A DNA stretch of 64,000 bases, from positions 3,631,794-3,695,793 of the forward strand of contig OZ253581.1 of the NCBI GenBank assembly GCA_965263055.1, in the 5' to 3' direction. The notes beneath the pieces are model-generated. The model saw only the letters and a program-made list of their open reading frames with translations, was not told where the DNA came from and ran no database searches. Below are positions 1-7,413 of the stretch, piece by piece. This DNA comes from Vicinamibacterales bacterium (GTDB lineage: Bacteria > Acidobacteriota > Vicinamibacteria > Vicinamibacterales > UBA8438). How positions within the stretch are numbered: the first letter of the stretch is position 1; the number at the start of each line of letters is the position of its first letter. The translations under genes were made by a program, and so were the position numbers.

Positions 1-153
1 GTGGTGTGGACGCCTCGAACGTCCGAGGCGTGGCGGAGACCGGCGCCGCCGGCATTGCCGGCATTCGTCTCTTTCGGGCCGACCGCTTGGCTGAATCCGT
101 GGCCGGGTTGCGGGCCGCGTTCTGACGCGCGAACGCGTTCCGACGCGCCGGAT

Positions 154-1152
154 CTACTCCTCCGTGAGCCGAAGTCCCTCGGTGTCGATGCCGCAGTCGA
201 GCAGACGCGCGCCGGCGTCGTGCAGGGCACGCTTCACCGAGGCGGTGGCGTCCGGCTCCGCGAGGAAGACGACGCAGCCGCCGCCCCCGGCGCCGCACAC
301 CTTTCCCGCATCGGCGCCAGCGTCGAATGCGCGCCGGAACAACGTCTCTATGCGGTCGGTGGTGACGCCGGGCGCGAGTTGCTTCCGCAACTCCCACTCG
401 TGTCTGACTGAGTAGGCGAGCTCGGTCCAGTCCGATCGCTCGAGCGCCTCCCGGACGCGCGCCGCGACGTCACGGATCTCGTCGAACAGCATCGCGAGGT
501 TGGCGTCGCCGTCAATTCGGCGCTTCGTTACCTCCCAGTTATTGATGCCGGAGTCGCGCGACTGTCCGGTGTAGACGACGACCATCCGGTCCTCGAGGGC
601 CTGCGGGGCGACGCGGAGCGGCACCCGGCGGACGCCGGCCGGCCCGAACTCGATGGCGGCGATGCCGCCGTATAACGCCGGCCGGTAGTCCTGTCCGCCG
701 GTCGGCACGCCGATCACCTGCACCTCGATGTCGCGCGCCAGGTCGAGCAGCGCTTCGGGTTCGATCCGCCGATCCTGCCAGCGGGCCATCGCCGCGCAGA
801 GGGCGACGTTCAGCGCGGAGGATCCGGCCAGGCCCGCGCCGACTGGCGAGTCGGAGCGGGTCTCGACCGCCACTCCACTGGCTCCGAAGAAGCGGAGTAT
901 GCGCGCCGGCAGGCGGAGGGCGGGATGCGCATCGTCGAGGTCGGCGACATCTGCCACATCGGCGGTCGCGCCGGTGTCGGTGGCGGCAAGCTGCAGCCGG
1001 CCTCCGGGGACGGAGGAGACGGTGCAGGCGGCCCGGAGGGTAATCGCCGCGTTCACCGTCTGCACGCCGTCGTGCAGCAAGTAGAGTGGCCAGATGTCGA
1101 GAGTGCCGCCCGCCAGATCGATCCGGGTCGGGGCGGACGCCTGTAGACGCAC
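154..1152 (-). CDS. GHMP-family sugar kinase (HddA/fucokinase-like, probable anomeric sugar kinase)
   Basis: C-terminal part of ORF 154..1410(-). Motifs: RIDLAGGTLDIWPLY, SPVGAGLAGSSALNVA (GHMP motif II), KVCGAGGGGCVVFL (motif III). Start placed at in-frame GTG 1152 (MRLQASAPTRIDLAGG), which sits 6 nt after a TATAAT. Alternative ATG at 1206. Confidence 0.75.
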   Translation of the reverse strand: MRLQASAPTRIDLAGGTLDIWPLYLLHDGVQTVNAAITLRAACTVSSVPGGRLQLAATDTGATADVADVADLDDAHPALRLPARILRFFGASGVAVETRSDSPVGAGLAGSSALNVALCAAMARWQDRRIEPEALLDLARDIEVQVIGVPTGGQDYRPALYGGIAAIEFGPAGVRRVPLRVAPQALEDRMVVVYTGQSRDSGINNWEVTKRRIDGDANLAMLFDEIRDVAARVREALERSDWTELAYSVRHEWELRKQLAPGVTTDRIETLFRRAFDAGADAGKVCGAGGGGCVVFLAEPDATASVKRALHDAGARLLDCGIDTEGLRLTEE

Positions 1153-1158
1153 GGCGGG

Positions 1159-1166
1159 ATTATAAT
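1159..1166. promoter_or_regulatory. Palindromic ATTATAAT, candidate shared -10 element for the divergent kinase and nagZ promoters
   Basis: An 8-bp all-A/T self-complementary octamer in a GC-rich 59-bp divergent gap. It reads TATAAT on both strands. No convincing -35 on either side. Confidence 0.35.
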
Positions 1167-1211
1167 GAGGCGCCACGCTGGCCGCGGCTCCACGGGAGCC
1201 GCCCATCCCGG

Positions 1212-2312
1212 ATGTCCAGAGCCGTTCGGCGCCAGATCGGGCAGTTGATCGTCGCCGGCTTCGACGGTCGGACCATCCCGGCGGAGCTCGCCGCGCTCGC
1301 CCGCGAGTTCGACCTGGGCGGCGTGATTCTCTTTGCCCGGAACATCGATGCGCCATTGCAGGTAGCGGAGCTCGCTTACGCCGCCAAGCAGTTGGCGCAC
1401 GATATGCCACCGTGGGTGAGCATCGATCAGGAAGGGGGCCGGGTGCAGCGCCTGCGCGCGCCGTGCACCGAATGGCCCCCGGCCGCGACCCTCGGACGGT
1501 GCGGCGATTCGGCGCTGGCGGAACAGTTCGCCCGTGCGTTGGCCCGGGAGCTGCGCGTCGTCGGCATCACTCTCGACTATGCGCCGGTCCTCGACGTCCA
1601 TACGAACCGGTCGAACCCGGCAATTGGCGACCGCGCGTTGTCCACCGACGCGGCGCAGACAGCGGAGCTGGGCGCGATCGTCGTGCGCGCGGTGCAGGAA
1701 GAAGGAATCGCCGCCTGCGGCAAGCACTTTCCGGGACATGGCGATACCTCGGTCGATTCGCACGAGGAACTGCCGGTGGTGGAGCAGGAGCGGCCCCGGC
1801 TCGAGGAGGTGGAGCTGCGGCCGTTCCGCGCGGCGATCGACGCGGGCGTTGCGATGCTCATGACGGCGCATGTCCGCTATCCCGCGCTCGACGAGGAGCG
1901 GCCTGCCACGCTGTCGCCCGCGGTGGTGGCGGATCTGCTGCGCGAGGAGCTCGGCTTCGAGGGCCTCGTCGCCACCGACGACTTGGAGATGGGCGCGATC
2001 GCCAGACATCGCGACATCGCGGAAGCAAGCGTCGAGGCGCTGCGCGCGGGTTGCGATCTGGTGCTGCTGTGCGGCGCCGATCCGGCAGCACAGGCCGCGG
2101 TCATCGAACGGCTGATCTACGCGGTCGAGAACAAGGAACTGCCGGTGCGCCAGGTGGAGCGGGCACTCGGGCGGCAACGCCGGGCGAAAGAACGCTTCCT
2201 GGCGGCGGACGGAGCCTGGCGGCCCCCGTCGGCGCGGCAGCTGGAGGCGCTGCTGGGCTGCGACGCCCATCAGGCGATCGCGGCGAGGATGCGGGAGTTC
2301 GCCGATGCGTGA
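1212..2312 (+). CDS. nagZ: beta-N-acetylhexosaminidase (GH3, peptidoglycan recycling)
   Basis: ORF 1086..2312, start at ATG 1212 (MSRAVRRQIGQLIVAGFDG). GH3 motifs SIDQEGGRVQRL, KHFPGHGDTSVDSH, VATDDLEMGA. Confidence 0.9.
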   Translation: MSRAVRRQIGQLIVAGFDGRTIPAELAALAREFDLGGVILFARNIDAPLQVAELAYAAKQLAHDMPPWVSIDQEGGRVQRLRAPCTEWPPAATLGRCGDSALAEQFARALARELRVVGITLDYAPVLDVHTNRSNPAIGDRALSTDAAQTAELGAIVVRAVQEEGIAACGKHFPGHGDTSVDSHEELPVVEQERPRLEEVELRPFRAAIDAGVAMLMTAHVRYPALDEERPATLSPAVVADLLREELGFEGLVATDDLEMGAIARHRDIAEASVEALRAGCDLVLLCGADPAAQAAVIERLIYAVENKELPVRQVERALGRQRRAKERFLAADGAWRPPSARQLEALLGCDAHQAIAARMREFADA

Positions 2313-2321
2313 GAGGAGCGC

Positions 2322-3248
2322 ATGACGAAGCCGCGCGCCCTGCGCCCGGGAGATCGGATCGGGATTGTCGCGCCGGCGAGCTCGTTCGACCGGGACACGT
2401 TCTATCGCGGCGTCGCCGAGCTGCGGGCCCTCGGCTTCGAGCCGGTTTTCGATGAGTCGGTTTTCGAGCGGCGCGCCTACCTGGCCGGACCGGCAGAAGC
2501 GCGCGCCGAGCGGTTCCGCGCGGCATGGCGCGATCCGTCGACCGCCGCGGTGATGGCAGTGCGGGGCGGCTTCGGCAGCGCGCATCTGTTGCCGCTGCTC
2601 GAGCCGGCGGAATTCGCCGGCAGGCCCAAGGCGCTCATCGGCTGCAGTGACCTGACCGCGCTCCACACCTTCATGACGCAGCGGTGCGGGCTGGTGACGT
2701 TCCACGGTCCGATGGTGGTAACGCTGGCACGTGGCGAGGCGGGATACGACCGGGCGTCGTTCCTGGGTCACCTCACGGCCCGGCGTCCGCCCGATCCCAT
2801 CGCGGTGGATGGACTCGCGATAACGCGCGCGGGAACGGCGCGCGGACCGCTGCTCGGCGGCACGCTGTCGCTCCTCGCCGCGTCACTGGGGACGCGGTTC
2901 GCGTTCGATCCCCCGGACGGTCACATCTTGTTGCTCGACGATGTGGGGGAACGGCCGTACCGGCTCGACCGGCTGCTGACCCAGCTCCGGCAGGCGGGGA
3001 TACTGGCGCGCGCCGCCGGAGTGGTCTGCGCCTGCTTCCCGGAGTGCGACGAGCCGGACGGATCGCTCACGGCGCGCGACGCCCTCGACGAGTTGCTGGC
3101 TGATATTGACGGTCCGGTCGTCCGGGGCCTCGCGACCGGCCATACCGCCGGGACGCCGATGCTGACGGTTCCGCTGGGTGTGGACGTTACCCTCGAGGCG
3201 GAAGGAGCCACCGGACGCCTCACCGTCGAGGAGGCGGCGGTCGAATGA
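2322..3248 (+). CDS. ldcA: muramoyltetrapeptide LD-carboxypeptidase (peptidase S66)
   Basis: 308-aa ORF. Motifs GIVAPASSF, RGGFGSAHLLP, IGCSDLTALH (Ser nucleophile context), TGHTAG. Confidence 0.85.
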   Translation: MTKPRALRPGDRIGIVAPASSFDRDTFYRGVAELRALGFEPVFDESVFERRAYLAGPAEARAERFRAAWRDPSTAAVMAVRGGFGSAHLLPLLEPAEFAGRPKALIGCSDLTALHTFMTQRCGLVTFHGPMVVTLARGEAGYDRASFLGHLTARRPPDPIAVDGLAITRAGTARGPLLGGTLSLLAASLGTRFAFDPPDGHILLLDDVGERPYRLDRLLTQLRQAGILARAAGVVCACFPECDEPDGSLTARDALDELLADIDGPVVRGLATGHTAGTPMLTVPLGVDVTLEAEGATGRLTVEEAAVE

Positions 3249-4669
3249 GCCGCGTCCACCTGATCGGCGTCTGCGGGACGGGGATGGCGACGCTTGCCGC
3301 CATGCTGAAGCAGCGGGGATGGGTCGTGACCGGATCGGACGTGCAGGCGTATCCCCCGATGGATCAGTTCCTTGCGTCGCAGGGCATCGTGCCGCAGATC
3401 GGCTACGACGCCGCGCACGTCACGACGGATGTCGACCTGGCGGTGATCGGCAACGCCGTCTCCCGCGGCAACCCGGAAGTGGAGGCGGTGCTGGAGCGGC
3501 GGATCCGGTACGCGTCGCTCGCCGAGACGGTCCGTGACCACTTCCTCTGGGGACGCCGCACGATCGTCATCGCCGGGACGCACGGCAAGACGACCACCAC
3601 GTCGATGATCGCGTGGGCGATGGTCAGCGCCGGCGCCGACCCCGGCTTCCTGGTGGGCGGTGTGCCGCGCAACTTCGACGCGGGCTACCGCCTTGGGAGG
3701 GGAGACCTCTTCGTGATCGAGGGGGATGAGTACGACAGCGCGTACTTCGACAAGACCGCCAAGTTCCTGAAGTACCTGCCGTTCGTTGCCGTGGTGGGCA
3801 GTCTGGAATTCGATCATGCCGACATCTACGCCGACATCGACACCCTGACGCTCGCCTTCCGCCGCTTCGTCGGCCTGGTGCCGGGCAACGGGCGGCTGCT
3901 GCTGGGTGCCGACGATCCCGGCGCGCGCGCGCTGTTGGACGCGGCCCACTGTCCGGTGGAGACTTTCGGCTTGGCAGACGACGCCGACTGGCGGGCGGCC
4001 GACATCGATTATCGTCCGGACCGGACCGCGTTCGACGTGCGCCATGGCGGTGCGTCGGTGGCGCGGGTCGAGTTGCCGCTGCTCGGCGCCTTCAATGTTC
4101 GGAACGCACTGGCGGCGATCGCGGCGGGCGCGGCGGCAGGGGTGGCGCCTGACCGGCTGGCGGCTGCGCTCAGCGTCTTTCGCGGCGTCCGCCGCCGCCT
4201 GGAGCTGAGTGGCGTCGGACGAGGCGTATCGCTCTACGACGACTTTGCGCACCACCCGACAGCGGTCCGTGAAACGCTCGCGGCACTCCGCGCCACCTCG
4301 CCGACGGGCCGGATCTGGGCGCTGTTCGAGCCACGGTCCGCCACGTCGTGCCGGCGCGTCTTCCAGGCGGACTATGCCGCGGCGCTCGCTGGGGCCGACG
4401 AGGTTCTGATCGCGCCGGTCTACCGCGCCACCATTCCGGCGGATCGCCGTCTCGACGCCGCGCGCCTCGCCGCCGACGTGACCGCCTCGGGGACCCGCGC
4501 CCGCCACGTCGACTCGATCGATGGGATCGGCGCGCTGGTTGAGGCCGAGGCGCAGGCGGGAGACCTGGTGGTGCTGATGTCGAACGGCGACTTCGGCGGC
4601 CTGCGCGAGCGGCTGCGCGAATGCCTCGGCATGGGTGGCGGGGCGAGGGCGGGGGAGGCGTCTGCGTGA
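3245..4669 (+). CDS. mpl: UDP-N-acetylmuramate:L-alanyl-gamma-D-glutamyl-meso-DAP ligase
   Basis: 474-aa ORF. Motifs IGVCGTGMATLA, GTHGKTTTTSM (P-loop), VIEGDEYDSAYFDKTAKF. ATGA overlap with the ldcA stop. Confidence 0.9.
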   Translation: MSRVHLIGVCGTGMATLAAMLKQRGWVVTGSDVQAYPPMDQFLASQGIVPQIGYDAAHVTTDVDLAVIGNAVSRGNPEVEAVLERRIRYASLAETVRDHFLWGRRTIVIAGTHGKTTTTSMIAWAMVSAGADPGFLVGGVPRNFDAGYRLGRGDLFVIEGDEYDSAYFDKTAKFLKYLPFVAVVGSLEFDHADIYADIDTLTLAFRRFVGLVPGNGRLLLGADDPGARALLDAAHCPVETFGLADDADWRAADIDYRPDRTAFDVRHGGASVARVELPLLGAFNVRNALAAIAAGAAAGVAPDRLAAALSVFRGVRRRLELSGVGRGVSLYDDFAHHPTAVRETLAALRATSPTGRIWALFEPRSATSCRRVFQADYAAALAGADEVLIAPVYRATIPADRRLDAARLAADVTASGTRARHVDSIDGIGALVEAEAQAGDLVVLMSNGDFGGLRERLRECLGMGGGARAGEASA

Positions 4670-5436
4670 CGTTGGCAAAGGGCCTGGACTGGACCCTGAC
4701 ACCCGACGGTGACGCGGCGCTTCTGGTGCGGTTCGAGCAGCGGATCGATCCGGCCATCAATGCGCGCGCGATCACACTGGCGGCGGCGCTGCGGCGGCTG
4801 ACGTTGGATGGGATTCGGGATGTCGTGGAGGCGTACGCGGCGGTTACGGTGCATGTCGATCCGGTGCGCGCCGACATCGCGGCGGTGGCGGAAGCAGTGG
4901 CGCGTCTCGCCGGCAAGGCGGCGGCGGGTGACTCGCCCGCCGCGTCGGGCCGCGAACATCGTCTGCCGGTCTGTTACGGCGGTGCCCACGGCCCGGATCT
5001 GGCCGAGGTCGCCCGGTTCGGGCATTGCTCGGAGGAAGAGGTAATCACACGGCATCACGGCCCTGCCTACCGCGTCTACATGCTCGGCTTCCAGCCCGGC
5101 TTCGCCTACCTGGGCGCCGTCGATCCGAGCATCGCTGCGCCGCGCCGCGCCACGCCCCGGGTACAGGTGCCGGCCCGTTCGGTCGGCCTCGCCGGCCGCC
5201 AGACCGGCATCTACCCGGCTGCCTCGCCAGGCGGCTGGCAATTGATCGGCCGGACCCCGCTGACGCTCTTCGATCTTGAACGCGCGGACCTGTTCTTGCT
5301 GCACGCGGGCGACATCGTCCGCTTCGAGCCGATCGACCAGGCGACCTACGAACGGCTGCTGGAGCGGGAGCAGGGCGCCGGCGCGTTGCGTGCGGAGCAG
5401 GCGTCGGACGGCCCGCGCGAGGCGGATCGGCTATGA
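4666..5436 (+). CDS. pxpB: 5-oxoprolinase subunit B / KipI-type (allophanate hydrolase subunit 1 family)
   Basis: ORF 4621..5436. GTG 4666 overlaps the mpl stop (GTGA). Motifs YRVYMLGFQPGFAYLG, GLAGRQTGIYPAASPGGWQLIGRTP. Confidence 0.8.
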   Translation: MTLAKGLDWTLTPDGDAALLVRFEQRIDPAINARAITLAAALRRLTLDGIRDVVEAYAAVTVHVDPVRADIAAVAEAVARLAGKAAAGDSPAASGREHRLPVCYGGAHGPDLAEVARFGHCSEEEVITRHHGPAYRVYMLGFQPGFAYLGAVDPSIAAPRRATPRVQVPARSVGLAGRQTGIYPAASPGGWQLIGRTPLTLFDLERADLFLLHAGDIVRFEPIDQATYERLLEREQGAGALRAEQASDGPREADRL

Positions 5437-6404
5437 CGGCCGCGAACCTGCAGGGCGGCATCGTCGTCAAAGAGGCGGGGATGCTCACCACGGTGCAGGA
5501 TCTCGGCCGCTGGGGCTGGCAGCATGACGGTGTCTGCGTGTCGGGCGCGATGGACCCGCGCGCTCACCGCCGGGCCAATCGCCTTGTGGGGAATCGCGAC
5601 GAAGCGGCTACCCTGGAGGCTACGCTCACCGGGCCGCTGCTTCGCTTCGATCAGCCGTGCCGGATCGCGGTGAGCGGTGCCGCCTTCGAGCTGTTCCTCG
5701 ACGACTACAGAGTCTCAACCGACACGGTGCTCCGCGCCGAACCGGGGCAGACGCTCCGCTTTGGCCGCCGGACGGACGGTGCGCGCGCCTACGTTGCCGT
5801 CGCCGGCGGCATCGACGTCCCGCCCGTCCTCGGGAGCCGCTCGACCCACCTCGGCAGCCGGATGGGCGGCTTTGAGGGGCGGGGGCTCCGCGGCGGCGAC
5901 CGCCTCCCGATCGGGCCGGCGACGGCACCGGGCACGGCGGCGGCGGACGAGCTATCTGCCGCCTACGCTCAGCGCCGGCCAGTTGGAGGAGGCGCACGGG
6001 TCCGTGTATTGCCGGGCCCCCATTGCGACCTCTTCCGCGGCGCGGATCCGCTCGCCGCGCTTGCCGGAGCCCACTACACTATCCGGCCCGAGTCGGATCG
6101 TATGGGGTATCGTCTTCAGGGCACGATGATCGCCGGATGCGATCTCGGTGGTCTGCCGCATGGGTTTCTGTCGCACGGACTGCCAGCCGGGTCGGTGCAG
6201 GCGCCTCCCGACGGTGGGGTGATCGTCGCCATGGCAGACCGTCAGACGGTCGGGGGCTATCCGCGCATCGCCATGGTGATCAGCGCCGACCTGCCGCTTC
6301 TGGGCCAACTCGCCCCGGGCGACTGGATCGAGTTCGTTCCGTGCGGCATCGACGCGGCACGCGCCCGACTTGCGTCGGCGGAGCAGGAGTGGACCCGCGG
6401 ATGA
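5433..6404 (+). CDS. pxpC: 5-oxoprolinase subunit C / KipA-type (allophanate hydrolase subunit 2 family)
   Basis: 323-aa ORF. Motifs GMLTTVQDLGRWGWQHDGV, SGAMD, GYPRIAMVISADLPLLGQLAPGD. ATGA overlaps at both ends. Confidence 0.8.
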   Translation: MTAANLQGGIVVKEAGMLTTVQDLGRWGWQHDGVCVSGAMDPRAHRRANRLVGNRDEAATLEATLTGPLLRFDQPCRIAVSGAAFELFLDDYRVSTDTVLRAEPGQTLRFGRRTDGARAYVAVAGGIDVPPVLGSRSTHLGSRMGGFEGRGLRGGDRLPIGPATAPGTAAADELSAAYAQRRPVGGGARVRVLPGPHCDLFRGADPLAALAGAHYTIRPESDRMGYRLQGTMIAGCDLGGLPHGFLSHGLPAGSVQAPPDGGVIVAMADRQTVGGYPRIAMVISADLPLLGQLAPGDWIEFVPCGIDAARARLASAEQEWTRG

Positions 6405-7408
6405 CGGTTTCCGAGCGGACCGTGGTGGCCGCGTCACCGCGTGCGGCGGAGATGCAGGCGGCGCTTGCTGCCGTTGTCGGGGGAGACTGTGTCCATCGTG
6501 ACGTTCCCATCGCCCATCACACCACGTTTCGCATCGGCGGGAACGCGGACTGGCTGGTGGACGCGCGCAGGGAAGACGATCTGGTTCGTCTGCTCGCGGT
6601 GGCGCGGCGATTCGTGCTGCCGGTCACGATGCTGGGCGGCGGCTCGAACGTCCTGGTGGCGGACGAGGGCGTGCGCGGCGTCGTGATCCGGGCGCGGCAC
6701 GCCGCCGTCTCCGAGGTGGCGCCCGGCGTGGTTCGTGCATCGGCCGGCGTCTCGATCAACGGACTGGTCCGCTGGACGATCCGCCGCGGCCTGGCGGGTC
6801 TGGAAGCATGGGCCGGCACCCCCGGCACCGTCGGCGGCGCGATCCACGGCAACGCGCACTTTCGGAGTCAGCCGATCGGCGACCTGGTGACGGACATCGG
6901 GCTCATCCCCCGGAACGGCGCCGATACCCGTGCCGGCATCGTGCGGACGCCCCGCGACGCGATGGAGTTCGGCTACGACCGGAGCCGCGTGCAACGAACT
7001 GGTGAACTGGTCGCCTGGGCCGAGTTCGCGGTGTCGCCGGCCCCGCCGGAGCGTCTGCGCGTGGTGGCGCGCGACTCGCTTCGGTTCCGCAAGCGGACGC
7101 AGCCGCTCGCCCTGCCGAGCGCCGGCTGCATCTTCCAGAATCCCGACGCGGCGGCCGATGGCGTACCGGCCGACCTGCTGCCGACCGCCGGCGCCCTGAT
7201 CGACGGGGCCGGGCTGAAGGGTTGGGTAATCGGCGGGGCGCGCGTTTCGGAGACCCACGCGAACTTCATCGTGACCCGGCCGGGCGCGGTCGCGCGCGAT
7301 GTCCAGAGGCTGATCGAGCGGGTGCAGCGCGTGGTGGCGGAGCGGTACGGCGTCACGCTCCGGCCGGAGGTGGTGTTGCTGGGCCAGTTCGACGCGGACA
7401 GGAGGTAG
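6401..7408 (+). CDS. murB: UDP-N-acetylenolpyruvoylglucosamine reductase
   Basis: In-frame ATG 6401 within ORF 6023..7408. Motifs TTFRIGGNADWLV, LGGGSNVLV, PSAGCIFQNP, THANFIV. Confidence 0.9.
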   Translation: MTVSERTVVAASPRAAEMQAALAAVVGGDCVHRDVPIAHHTTFRIGGNADWLVDARREDDLVRLLAVARRFVLPVTMLGGGSNVLVADEGVRGVVIRARHAAVSEVAPGVVRASAGVSINGLVRWTIRRGLAGLEAWAGTPGTVGGAIHGNAHFRSQPIGDLVTDIGLIPRNGADTRAGIVRTPRDAMEFGYDRSRVQRTGELVAWAEFAVSPAPPERLRVVARDSLRFRKRTQPLALPSAGCIFQNPDAAADGVPADLLPTAGALIDGAGLKGWVIGGARVSETHANFIVTRPGAVARDVQRLIERVQRVVAERYGVTLRPEVVLLGQFDADRR

Positions 7409-7413
7409 ACGAC

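Noticed and set aside
1-153. ORF 1..411(+), and a possible minus-strand gene start at about position 64 running off the left edge. Also a 7-bp hairpin CGCGTTC/GAACGCG at 116-137.
   Set aside because: The plus-strand ORF overlaps the well-supported kinase gene on the opposite strand and is low-complexity. The minus-strand fragment is only about 21 codons. The hairpin is short and lacks a U-tract.
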